From Paraphysomonas bandaiensis (lineage: Eukaryota > Protista > Chrysophyceae): DNA of 64,000 bases. The notes under the pieces are model-generated. The model was not told the origin of the DNA, did no database searches, and saw nothing but the letters and a program-made list of their open reading frames with translations. The stretch is taken from the NCBI GenBank assembly GCA_965644295.1, contig CBFFRP010000028.1, positions 62,001-126,000 of the forward strand. Direction: 5' to 3'. How positions within the stretch are numbered: position 1 is the stretch's first letter; the number at the start of each line of letters is the position of its first letter. The translations under genes and the position numbers were made by a program. Below are positions 1 through 11,800 of this stretch, piece after piece.

Positions 1-7
1 CTTTATT

Positions 8-17
8 TGGTAGCGAG
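8..17 (+). promoter_or_regulatory. Primer-binding site (probably tRNA-iMet)
   Basis: TGGTAGCGAG directly after the LTR end; its complement ...CUCGCUACCA resembles an initiator-tRNA 3' end. tRNA identity is inferred. Confidence 0.7.
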
Positions 18-3000
18 ATGTCAGTTAAAGTTACAAGTTACGACTCAACCGACTCGGATTCGACAACCGACAAGCGAAAGGACTCAATGCCAAAATTCGA
101 TGCGAAGAACTTCTCCAGGTGGCAGAAGAAGTGCCGTGCATGGTTCTATCGCAAGCCTAAGATCGTTTATACTCTACAGAACGATCACCCAATTGAGCCT
201 GAAGCAGAAGAAAACTCAGATGACGAGGACTACCAGTATCGACTCGAACAGTATCAGGATGCAAAACGATATTATGATGAAGGTAATAACTACCTATGGT
301 CAGTCATTGCAAGCTCTATCATTGGTCAGAATGAAGAGGCTGAAGGGATTTTGGAGAACGTCCCCGATGGAGACGGTAAAACCGCCTGGACGGACTTGCT
401 CAACCACTTCAAAGAAAAAACGACTAACGACGTCATCACTGATCTGATTGGCCAGTTTCAGAGCATAAAAATCAAAAAAGGTCAGTCGATAATCAACTTT
501 CTTGACGCTGTCGAAAAGCTCCGAAACAAGCTGATTAATTATGGTCATCGGATAAGTGACCAAGATCTCATATCACGCATTCGACAAGGCCTGGTATCCA
601 AAGAAAATATGACGTATCGTGAACTGGCGATCAACCTGCAGATGCACCCTATCGATGACTACAAAACACTCATACGCAGACTACGCGGATTAGGAAGCTC
701 GTCTGTCGGAATGCTCTTGTCAAGCAACGAAGAAACAAAAACCGACAGTATTCAGCTTGCAGCCTCAAAACCCCCATTTTTCAAAAGTAAAGTGAATTCC
801 AAGCGCAAAAAGGGGACATCTTTCAGAAACCGTTCCAATAAACCGAAACATGACAAGAGAGCTGACAAGGACATTAAGTGTTTCCGATGCGATGGAAAAG
901 GACACATCGCTTCAGAATGCAAACACTCATGGGAAAGAATCCAACAGATGAAGAATTCCTCTGGAAACAAATCAACCAGTAGGAAATTCAAAAAAGTTAG
1001 ATTCCAGACCCACCAGAGCACTGAAAACGACGACTCCGACCAGTTTGCAGATTATGAAGACAGTGGTCCATTACAACAGAAAGGACGAGACTTCGGAGGA
1101 GTCGGATATCCAACAAACGACGAAACGAACTTCGTTTTTGATCAAGAAGCCGGAATGGGGACCCTTGATTCTGGCTGCACAGTCTCCATCACACCTGAAG
1201 CCGGATACATCACCAATTATGAGGAATGCCTCACCGACATTCAAACAGCTAAGTCAGGATCAACTATGACCTCTTCAGGACATGGAAGACTTGGTATTAT
1301 CCCCAAGTGCAAGCACGTGGACCATGCTTCAAGAACACTCGTGTCCATCAGCCAATTAGATGACCTAGGGTATAAAATCTTGTTCGGAAACCAATCAGTT
1401 GAGATATATAAAGATGAAATACTGCTATCAAAGGGTAAGAGAGTTGGAGGCCTATATGAAATTCCGTTAACAGACCTCGGTACTCCTATTGACGAATCCC
1501 ACCTTGCTTCAACTGCTTCAGGCCCACTCGCAACCCTAGCACATAAGAGATTGGCACATTCTTCAATTGGACTCATACAGAAAGCTGTACAGTCAAAATT
1601 AGTAACGGGTATTAAGTTAACGAAGTCGGAGATGAATGCTACTTCTTTACCGGGTGGCCTATGTGATGGTTGTGCTAGTGGTAAATCTCATCGCCGAAAA
1701 CATAGACACGCTATCAGACAAATGCTGCTCAAGCGTGTAAGAAGAGCGAATGAGCTGGGGGAGCTAGTAGTAGCCGATTTTTCTGGACCCCATGCACCGG
1801 AGGCAATCATTACTGGCAACCGTTACATACTCGGGATGACAGATGTAGCTTCCAGACACCAATGGGACTCCTACGGACCAACGAGAGATGAAGATTTCGT
1901 CATCCAATCCATCCAGAAAGTTGTCATGTATCTACATAGTAAAGGCAAACGCCTACAACATTATCATGCGGATGGCGGGAAGGAACTGGTATCAAGAAAA
2001 GTTCTAGAGTATCTTCAATCAATAGGGGCTACATGGACTTTCAACTCTCCGTATACCCCCGAGGATAACCCATTCCAAGAGCGATCATGGCGGACAACAA
2101 AAGAACGAGCACTCAGCAGCCTTATCGACTCTGGACTCCCACCGAATTTCTGGGAACAAGCCTCAAGGGCGACAATACACATCAAGAACAGGTTACCGTG
2201 TCAAACAGCTAAAGGATTTATGTCTCCACTTCAGTTTATCGAAAACGAAATACCAGACTTGAGTTATGCCAGAATATGGGGATGTAAATGCTTTGTGAAT
2301 ATCGATTCCAGTCTCCGAAAGAACAATTGGGACAGACATAGCTGGCCTGGGTATTTTATGGGCTATCGAGAGGATGGTCCTGGATATATAGTCTTTGTTC
2401 CCGCATTAAGAGATTTTGTTATATCAGGACATGTATTTTTCAACGAATGTGTCCCACCAGCGGATAAGAGATATTTTAAAGAGATAAATGAGATCTTCAG
2501 AGAGAATGAGACCTCCAGGACAGTAGAAAGTTTCAAATATCTCATAGGTCTAGCTCATGTAGATCCAGACGATGGATTAACATATGTAACGACTCAAATA
2601 AAGCTCAGAAAAGGATTAATCGCAGCGTATCGTGGTCTAGTCGACGACAGTGGTGACAAGACACGACTCATCCAGCTCGACGACCCTATTCATGCTGCAG
2701 ACGTCGAAAAGTACACTGAAGAATACATAGAACTCAAAGCAGTTGGTCTCAAATGTATTACGTCTCGATCGAAAACCCCAATACATAAATCCAGCAAATC
2801 AGATCAAGACCCCGATACAGTTATTGGATCTCCAGCGCCAGCCGCTACTTCCAGGGGGAGTGGCGAGAATCTCAGACATCATGATGCCGCGCAGGAGAGA
2901 ATCAGCAGCCATCGGTGTGAACCTACCCACTCCGATGCAAAGATAGCGAAGACTCGCCCTCCGAAACAATTCAATGGGAATCTAGTGCCGAATCCGGCAC

Positions 3001-5012
3001 CACACGGTCAAGTGGATCGTGTGCACCAGCGTATGGCCAAACGCGGTAACAAGTCTGCTGATTCATCGGGAGATTGGGAAAATCAGGGTACACCTGAAGG
3101 GCCAAGTAAGGTCCGTGCTACAGCAAAACAACAATTTTTAGCTGGTAGAAAGAGTGTTCTCCGAAGCAGGAGAATGGCCAGGAAACGGGTAATTGTAAAT
3201 ATACACAAACTAGGTGATGGTGTATATACATGTGATGTAAATGCTAAACATGTAGTAAATCATATGGCACATGACACACAATGTATATCAAAATTACATA
3301 CAAACAATATTGATATTGTTATGCATGCTATCAGTAATTGCGATGACATTGACGAGCTAACCGATACACCAAAGAGTGTTCAAGATGCTATTTCAGGTAA
3401 ATATAAACAGCAGTGGATCGATGCTATCAATAGAGAAATATCCACTCTTCAGAGGAAAGGGTGCTGGAGATACACTGCGTTACCACCTGGAGCAAGAGCC
3501 ATAAAGGGGAAACTCATATTCAAAATAAAAAGAAAACAGAATGATATCAAATTCAAGGCTCGACTAGTCGCACAGGGTTTTACTCAAATCCAAGGCATCG
3601 ATTACAATGATACATACAGCCCCGTCGCAAAGGCTACATCACTACGTACAATTATTGCCCTTTCGACTATTATGAAACTCAAATTGCACCAAATCGATTT
3701 CACAACTGCGTACATCAATGCTGACCTCGAAGAGGACATATACATGTATCCCCCTCCTGGCATGGACGTCCCTGACGGAAAAGTCCTCAAACTGATGAAA
3801 AGCATCTACGGTCTAAAGCAAGCAGGTCTTAACTGGTATAAGTGCTGTACAAATTTTATGCTAGATATGGGTTTCACCAGACTAATATCTGACCCGTGTA
3901 TATTCAAAAAGCAGATTAATGGCAGGATTATGCTAATAGCCATGTATGTGGATGATATTATTATAGCATCTACATCCGACACTGATATCCAACAATTCAA
4001 AGACCATTTATCCAAAAAGTTCGAAATTACGGATCTCGGACTCCTAGACTATTACTTGGGCATCTCCATTCATCAAGATTTTGACAAAAATATCACGACT
4101 CTCAGTCAGGAGCAGTACGTCAGAAAGTTACTGGACAAATTCAACATGTCTAACAGTAAACCCATGTCAACACCTATGTTACTGTCTTTCAACTATGATT
4201 TACATGAATACAATCATCTTTCAGAGTCAAATCAAAGTTATGTTCAGAATTTCCCCTACAAGGAACTCATAGGTTCACTAATGTATCTAGCTGTATGCAC
4301 TCGACCGGATATCGCCTATGCAGTCAATACTCTTGCCAGATTCTCTGATATGCCTAATCTAACTACCTGTAATGCTGCGCTACATGTTCTTAGGTATCTC
4401 AAAGGCACTGCTAAGCAAGGATTGATATATTCTGGATCCCACATAACATTGTCAGGATACTGCGATAGCGATTGGGCACGGTGTCACCTCACTCGACGGT
4501 CCACTACAGCTTTTACATTCTTCATAGGTAATTGTCTTATATCATGGCAATCTCGATTACAGACAACTGTGGCATTGTCATCTACTGAAGCTGAGTATAT
4601 GGCTCTATCGTCAGCAGCTCAGGAAGCATTATGGCTACGCTCTTTATTATCCGAAATTGGTTTCAAACTTCCATTCTCAACAACTATTTGGTGCGATAAT
4701 AAAGGGGCAGTCCAATTATGTTACAATCCTACTCATCATCGTCGTACGAAACATATTGCGATACGGTATCATTTCATTCGAGAAAATATTGCCGAAAACC
4801 AATTGACTGTTGACCATATTCCCACCACGTCAATGTTAGCCGATCTTCTCACGAAACCACTAGGAGCAACTAATTTTCTTCAATTGCGAACTACATTGAT
4901 GGGGGGAGCTGGGTTCGACATCCCATCCAGCAGCAACAGGAAGCGATCAACAACCTCAGAGACACCTAAATCACAATTAACAAGCCACAAGCGACCTAGG
5001 TGGCTAGTTTGA
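18..5012 (+). CDS. Copia gag-pol polyprotein, 1664 aa
   Basis: Zn knuckle CFRCDGKGHIASEC; protease LDSGCT; HHCC HKRLAH...CDGC; integrase D-D-E (ADFSGP, HADGGKE, NPFQER); RT YVDD; RNase H CDSDWA/EAEYMA/ADLLTK. Integrase precedes RT, the copia order. Confidence 0.97.
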   Translation: MSVKVTSYDSTDSDSTTDKRKDSMPKFDAKNFSRWQKKCRAWFYRKPKIVYTLQNDHPIEPEAEENSDDEDYQYRLEQYQDAKRYYDEGNNYLWSVIASSIIGQNEEAEGILENVPDGDGKTAWTDLLNHFKEKTTNDVITDLIGQFQSIKIKKGQSIINFLDAVEKLRNKLINYGHRISDQDLISRIRQGLVSKENMTYRELAINLQMHPIDDYKTLIRRLRGLGSSSVGMLLSSNEETKTDSIQLAASKPPFFKSKVNSKRKKGTSFRNRSNKPKHDKRADKDIKCFRCDGKGHIASECKHSWERIQQMKNSSGNKSTSRKFKKVRFQTHQSTENDDSDQFADYEDSGPLQQKGRDFGGVGYPTNDETNFVFDQEAGMGTLDSGCTVSITPEAGYITNYEECLTDIQTAKSGSTMTSSGHGRLGIIPKCKHVDHASRTLVSISQLDDLGYKILFGNQSVEIYKDEILLSKGKRVGGLYEIPLTDLGTPIDESHLASTASGPLATLAHKRLAHSSIGLIQKAVQSKLVTGIKLTKSEMNATSLPGGLCDGCASGKSHRRKHRHAIRQMLLKRVRRANELGELVVADFSGPHAPEAIITGNRYILGMTDVASRHQWDSYGPTRDEDFVIQSIQKVVMYLHSKGKRLQHYHADGGKELVSRKVLEYLQSIGATWTFNSPYTPEDNPFQERSWRTTKERALSSLIDSGLPPNFWEQASRATIHIKNRLPCQTAKGFMSPLQFIENEIPDLSYARIWGCKCFVNIDSSLRKNNWDRHSWPGYFMGYREDGPGYIVFVPALRDFVISGHVFFNECVPPADKRYFKEINEIFRENETSRTVESFKYLIGLAHVDPDDGLTYVTTQIKLRKGLIAAYRGLVDDSGDKTRLIQLDDPIHAADVEKYTEEYIELKAVGLKCITSRSKTPIHKSSKSDQDPDTVIGSPAPAATSRGSGENLRHHDAAQERISSHRCEPTHSDAKIAKTRPPKQFNGNLVPNPAPHGQVDRVHQRMAKRGNKSADSSGDWENQGTPEGPSKVRATAKQQFLAGRKSVLRSRRMARKRVIVNIHKLGDGVYTCDVNAKHVVNHMAHDTQCISKLHTNNIDIVMHAISNCDDIDELTDTPKSVQDAISGKYKQQWIDAINREISTLQRKGCWRYTALPPGARAIKGKLIFKIKRKQNDIKFKARLVAQGFTQIQGIDYNDTYSPVAKATSLRTIIALSTIMKLKLHQIDFTTAYINADLEEDIYMYPPPGMDVPDGKVLKLMKSIYGLKQAGLNWYKCCTNFMLDMGFTRLISDPCIFKKQINGRIMLIAMYVDDIIIASTSDTDIQQFKDHLSKKFEITDLGLLDYYLGISIHQDFDKNITTLSQEQYVRKLLDKFNMSNSKPMSTPMLLSFNYDLHEYNHLSESNQSYVQNFPYKELIGSLMYLAVCTRPDIAYAVNTLARFSDMPNLTTCNAALHVLRYLKGTAKQGLIYSGSHITLSGYCDSDWARCHLTRRSTTAFTFFIGNCLISWQSRLQTTVALSSTEAEYMALSSAAQEALWLRSLLSEIGFKLPFSTTIWCDNKGAVQLCYNPTHHRRTKHIAIRYHFIRENIAENQLTVDHIPTTSMLADLLTKPLGATNFLQLRTTLMGGAGFDIPSSSNRKRSTTSETPKSQLTSHKRPRWLV

Positions 5013-5212
5013 GTTACACGGAGTTTTTACCATTTTTTTTTACTTTTATTCAATACATGATGCTGGACTAGAAGGATAGTCTCACAATATGGCATCTCTG
5101 CAGTTCGCTTATTATTGTCTAGTGACTGCTACTCTGGTTTTTATTCTCAGTGTGCATAAGTTCATATTCTCTCTATTATCTACGGTTCACTGATTATTTC
5201 ATTGAGGGGGCG

Positions 5213-5478
5213 TATTAGGATTCAGCTTAATACATGATTGTATCTGTGAGTTATAATGTTCAATGAAATACACCATGAACTGAATTAGAGAGAGTATCTG
5301 TCGAAGATACGTGATCGTCATCATAACGTCGTCATTATCAGTTACACTTCTAACTATTCCGTTGTGCATGATAGTACGTTCTATATTGTTATTCATAATT
5401 TTTCACTCTATCGTGTTCATTACTTACACTCTAATAATCACAACATTATTTTACTATTATAAAGATCAATTCTTTATT
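5213..5478 (+). repeat. 3' LTR of the copia element (~265 bp)
   Basis: Begins directly after the PPT (TATTAGGA...) and ends in ctttatt, matching the window start. Exact end lies between 5476 and 5478. Confidence 0.8.
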
Positions 5479-5837
5479 AGAACAAGGAATTCTGCAGAAT
5501 GTTATTGAAATAGAGAAGAGTATAGTGTGCATTGTATGTTTGTTGCTCTTCTGTTCAATAATTATGTGGTTTTAAGTTTATACAATGACTAGCTGGAACT
5601 AGTTCGTAGCTCATTCATGTACATAGCAATCAAACGGTTAGTTGAGCCCATTTTTATACTGAAAATAATATTAATTTGCAATATTAGTCAATAACATATC
5701 AATACAAATCTTCATTATTAGGAATAGTCCAAGGAAGCTGCGTACCTAACAAACACATAATTCCGTATATCGAATACACACAAATAAAAGATACACTACG
5801 TAACTAGCTATCCCTCTGCAGGTCAAGTGCAACACAT

Positions 5838-8800
5838 TTACACCCATTCTGTATCAGTCACCTCACTGGTGTTCGGAACATAAGGCTGAATGGCTTCGAC
5901 TGTAATTGCTGGGTGTGCGTTGAAGCCTATATCTGTTACCTGCACCTTTGCGGGTGCCGAAAGCAACGACGGGGTGACTTCCTTCAATGATGAGTATTGG
6001 GGCACTCTAGGCGCTAGAGAATGGCGCGTGTCCCCCATATTTCCACTGTGGAGCGCGTCAAGGCTACAGTAACCTGAATTGGGCGTCACTTCTCGGTATC
6101 TTGATTCCTCTATCGGCACCACAGGATTACAGCGGCCAGAATGGCAGAGTGGCTTCGTACACTGCGGAGAGAGCAAGCAACGAGGGCCATAGCTGGTTCG
6201 CGGCCGATATCCAACTTTGTCACATGCAGTGTTCAGAGGAAGGTCTTCGTATCGAAGAGCACGGTCCAAGGAAAAGAGACGCGTGGCTACACTCGCAGTG
6301 GATTCGGCGGTGCGAGAAACGAAACCGAGTGGAGAATACCCAGGAAAAGCGACAGGGGAAAGTATTAGCTCCAGCTCAACTATTAGGTTCAGTAGTTGAC
6401 CGGGACCACTGGCCTTTTGAACCCTAGTGATAAAAGACTCCAGAGGAGGTACATTTTCTATCCCTTTAACATCTTGAATCTCATCGCCTCTATCCATATC
6501 GTCATTCCCACTGCCTTGAATTTCGGCCTCACATCTGTCACTATTTTCGATACTGATATTACTGCTTATGTCACTGTTACCGGATGGATTCCGGATACCT
6601 GTAATGGTGCTGTTAACACAGTCTACAGGGAGAATCGTACCATTTGAACTTTCAGTCGCTTCGGTTGAGGAATTTGTCGGGGTGTGGGAAGTGTCTATTT
6701 TCCCGTGCGACTGGGTGGACTCTCGTGACGAGATCCCTTCATCACCAAGGTATCCCCCATTTTTTCTCCATTGAAGCACTGTCTCAGGCAGAATGGCAAT
6801 CATATTCAAAAGCTCTACTTTAAGTTTCAGGATGCGGTACGACACGGGTACAGTGGAAGCTACTATATCTCTGACCGGTCCCGTCCTCTCCATCGTTGTC
6901 TGCGAAACAGCTCTTGAGAACCAGGTTAAATCTGATGTGCTCTGAGATGCCTCCAACGCATCTGCCTGTGCTGACTGCAATGGCTTTCTGTGGCAAGTCT
7001 TCATATGGAGTAGCTCCTCTATAGATACAGGCTCGATCTTTGGTACAATCGCTATATATATTACACACATGTTATGATCATACTACAAAACGTCAGTCGA
7101 ACCTTTGCAAAATCGCCATTTAAATCCAAAGGCATCGTTCTTGACACCTGAGCAACAAAGAGATATACCCGATTGGGACACTTGCATTGCGGATGCAGCC
7201 TTTCTACCACTCTCCCATCGACGTAGAACTTTGCCTGTCTCTATATGCAACTGCTCCACGGGTTTGGTCGTGGTGCAGGTCATTCTTTCCATACCAGCAG
7301 GAAGTACTTCAGATGATGGACAGTGCACCTCTTCCTCTTTTTTCAACACTGATTGGCTCGATTCCATCATTTTATCCTTCACAGCAGGAGCGTGGCGTTT
7401 GCTTGCATTTTGCGTGGAATCAGATGACTGCTTTGGTATGTCCGCCAAATGCAAGTTCGGCCTGCGAAAAGACGAACGCTTGAATACAGTTTGAACGGTT
7501 TCGATAAGAGCAGGGTCGCATAAAATTCTTGTGGCCAAAGTGATACACCCGATAGTACGCACAGAGCTGAAGTTATCGGATCGATGCCAGCCAGTGTTAG
7601 AGTGAAGATCAAGTGTTTGCTCTACAATTCGGTTGCGCTGAATTTTTTTTCTAAGATCCCTCTGTCTACCAGAGTCTGAGCCTTTAGAAGGATTAGAACC
7701 TAACATATCGGCGTTAATCATTGCATAATGGACGCAGAGGCGCAACTCAGTGCATCTTGAAAATGCGAGTTCCATCAGCCGAATGAGCTTATCATCATCG
7801 AGCGGATCCCTAGAATTAGACAAGCTCGTCGTTATGTCACGTAGCCAAGATTCAACCCTCCTGTAGCCGACGAGCCAGTGTTGCTGACTAGAAACAACTT
7901 TCTGAGCATGGGGGACAATATGACGTATTACACTGAATCTCAAGGAGCACCTTTTCCACAAGAACAATTCACACGGATAGGCACAAGAAAGATTTGCAAG
8001 AAACTCTTCCACTTTGGATCTGGCAATATAGAACCATTGATCATTACTAGCTCGATCACATACTAATACAGCAGGCTCATCGGATGCGCTGTGAACCGTG
8101 AGGGGATTCATTCCGTTGAGAAGGTCTCTGTCTTGAGCATTTAGCACCCAGTACTCTCGACCATTTCTATCGTAGCCGAGGGGAAGAGATCGAATGGTTT
8201 CAAGTTTTCTGTATATACGGCCCACGAGAGATTTGGCATCACCAGAAAAATCCACGATAGAATGTAGTGGCGGCATCTTGGACTGTAATTCCTCCACGGC
8301 GGCTTCGCGTGCAGCGAATATCCTAAGCAAAGATGACACAAGGCACACTGCTACTTTATTCCCCTTTTTCTGAAGGTGGGAGGAATCTGACTCTCTACGG
8401 CGCTTTCTCAGCACAGGTCTATCACATTCCTCATCACTGCGGGATCCAACAGACGTCTGATCCTCTAATTTACCACACCCTGTAAGCCCTGCGATTTTTC
8501 CTGCCAGTGAAGGCGGGTGGAGGAACTCCTCAGGTACCACCACCCATGTTCCACCATCGCCGATATTCCTTGCCTCAATCTCGGAGAAAAAGCACTTAAG
8601 ATGAAACTTATTCATCTTGGTTACCTCCACGGGCTCCAAAGACTGTTTCAATGCCGTTAGTGCATTGTCACCAACTGATCGAACATCCGGGATCGGCACT
8701 TTTTTAGCTCGCTCAGAATTAAGGCGTGCCACGACCGGTGCTATAAAAGTGCTCGTGGCTGAGTACATCAGTAGAGTCAAGAGAACTCGCAGCTTCTCCG

Positions 8801-11800
8801 GTTTGGTGAGTGTCTCCGGATCCCTGGTGCGTAGGGTAGAAAGTGTGATACGCAAATTATCATTACACACTTGGTCATCCATAAGCTTGGAAGGGTAAAA
8901 CGGACTTCCAGTTTCCAAACATTCTCCCTCAGCTTCTATGTTTGTGTAATAGTCGAGAATTTGTTTCAGCCATAAATATGGAAAACTCTCCGTGTCCACC
9001 TTCGTAGAAGTAAAAAATATCGTATTCAGTTTACCACAAAAGATAGAAAAGTCATCACAATCACCAGCAGAAGTAATAAGCTTATCGCGGACCTCTTTCG
9101 CTGCCTTGCCAAGAGTTGGGTATTTCTCTGTGGAGTCGGCGAACTGCGGATGACACTCCACCACACAAAGCGTCTCTCTACAGAGTGCTTGTGTGGAACT
9201 CATAGGAGATCGCAGCAATTCCTGAGCATCAGTCACACTGATAGGTATCTGAGCTTGCAAGTAAGCCGAAACCATAAGCACTTTATGTGCTATATGTGGC
9301 CAAGTTATCAGATTAAGAGGATGTAGCGACAGGAAGTCCTGCCACGCTGCAACCTGATTCGGAAACACCACAGCACGGGTGCTTGTAAGCATAAAGTCGG
9401 TCAACGCACAGCATATTTCATCAAAAATGGAACCTGAGATCGATGGAACCACAGGATTTTCTCCTGGTAGCAACGACATTGCGATTTCAATTAACCCAAA
9501 CCCACGATTACCAATACTGCTCTTTGCTAAGTATAAGAATTCCCAGGTCTGGATTACAATCTCGATCTCATCATAAGATATACCCCATGATTCCGGTATG
9601 AAGGGAGTTAAGAGATTATTGACATGCGGGAAGGAATTTTCAGGAGTTAAATGTACCCCCTTCGCTTGAGTCGCCATTGATTTAGCTTTTCCGCGAGCAT
9701 CTCTTTCCTGCTTGCGCCAATATTCCAGCTCCTTCCCCACCTTATCTGCCAGTAGCCGTTCCCCTCGAACTATATTCTCTTTGCGAGCAAGGGCTTGAGC
9801 TATAGATTTCCGAAGTGAGCGTAGGATAGAATGCGCTTGTGTGTAAACGTACTCCTGGCATAAAAGACTTCCCTCCATCCCCTCCACTAGTCGGTGTATT
9901 ACAGGATCATCAAGCCCTGAGAAACCCGCACCTGGTATGCTATCAGCAGAAAAACTAGTGAGACGCACCCCACCAGCAGACGGGTCTTCTACTAGCCCGG
10001 CCCAAATTATGCTACACCCTTCTAGCACCACCCTCGCCATCTTACTGCGTAGCATCAGTTTATCATTGACATCATCAAACGAAGCATCAGATGCCTCGAA
10101 GTGCCGTTTCTCTTTACTGGGCCGTTTGCGCTTTTTACATGAGGTTACACCCAACGATACTTCCGACTGAGAAGTGTTACGTACATTTCTCTGATTTCTG
10201 TATTCTTGGGCACGGTCAGATCGCAGTTTTTCGTCTATTTCCTGTTCTTTCGCCATACGTGCAACCACTTCCTCCATCGAGCTAAATTCGTATCCAAGCG
10301 GTGACAAATACTTCATGCTTTTCGTAGACGCCGGGGTCGATTTGGCCCACCCAGGACCAATGTCTGGAGCCGGTTCGTACACTGAGGTGGGATGTACGCA
10401 GTATCGGCGAAATCTCTCTACCGGAAGTAGGGAGGAGGGTGATGATTCAAGGGATTTAATATGTACACACCTCTTGCACAGCCACAAAGGATTTCTTTCG
10501 CGCACTGTCTTCTCGTTATTTCCTACGTCTGCTACGTCCCACCGGTAACAGTCTTCACACCCGTTGCAAAATAGTAAGGGATCCTTCTTTGTACCTTTCA
10601 CCCCAGTCACTCGACAGCGTTCGATCTCCTTGTCCTCTTGGAAATATTTCAGATACAACCAATCATCCCATGGTCCTTGTGCCAAGTCGTGAACGCTTAC
10701 ATCTTGAACATTGAGCACCCAGTGGCAGAAAAGTAACTCAAAGAGTTCCAATGCCGACTCTGCTGTGGAATACAGTGTCGAACCCTCACAGTTGAACTGC
10801 ATGCAATTTTTGAACACAAGCCGTACATCCCACGCAAAGTCAAACTCATATTCATAAGAGCCATCATTCAATCTTCGGTTTACTTCTCCCAGCCACATAG
10901 GGGCAGTTATGACATTGTAATAGGCCTGTCCAACGGCCCCCTTTGCTGGAACTTCTTCCAAAAAAGGCTCGATACCCTTCATTGTACAGAGCCTATTCAG
11001 GACAGCCCTGCATCGGTTGAACTTACTTCCGAGAGCCCTCAGAATGAGTTTGCCATGACTCATTGCCTGTTGCCACGCCTTTCTAGGGCTCTCTTGCGAC
11101 ACAGCTACGAGGATGCCGTCCCCCACGGTAACAGCGAAGCGTGGTACCCCCCCCACTTCCCGTGATACAGAAGTTACAAATTCCACTTCTCCATGAAGGT
11201 GATTCATGGCGCCAATTGCGTTTTCGTCAGCTGGTGCTGCTCGAATAAAGCTGCTTTTCACTTTAATTTCCCGGTCTCCATCGTCATAGTCAATATCATA
11301 GGTGCCGTCGTTTCTAACAAGTGACACAGTACCGCTAAAGAAACGACTTCTTCCCTTGTACCGTGCCTTGATTCTTTCCCCTACTTGGAATTTCTCCTCA
11401 CACCGCTGCTCTCCTCCATCGTCACCACCTTCTTCGCCCTCGCTGAAAGAACATGATGGAACAGCACTGAGAACAAGAGTACGTCGGCAAAGGAAGCCCA
11501 CAGGGTAAATGTACTCCCTGCAGTGAAAACCAGGGCCAGTGTCTACCTTCCCGAGAGCTACACACTTATATATCCCATCAACTTCATCGATGCTAGCTTC
11601 TGACAGAACCTTTCTTTGGAACTGACGATAAAACTTATTAGAAGAAGCAAATGCCCTCTGTCGTATAATGGCACAGTTGACAGCGCTATCGTCGTCGAGG
11701 GCCGTTCGTTGCGCCAACAGCTCTTCATACGGAGTGTCAAGATCTGTTGTCTCAACTTGTTCTTCATCATCAAGGGATTGCAGTACTGGGGTATCAATCT

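Larger units (their letters stand above)
1..5478 (+). mobile_element. Ty1/copia LTR retrotransposon (5' LTR cut by window edge; internal region and 3' LTR present)
   Basis: Positions 1-7 (ctttatt) equal 5472-5478, the end of the 3' LTR. PBS-like TGGTAGCGAG at 8-17, uninterrupted gag-PR-IN-RT-RH ORF, PPT GAGGGGGCG at 5204-5212. Confidence 0.96.
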
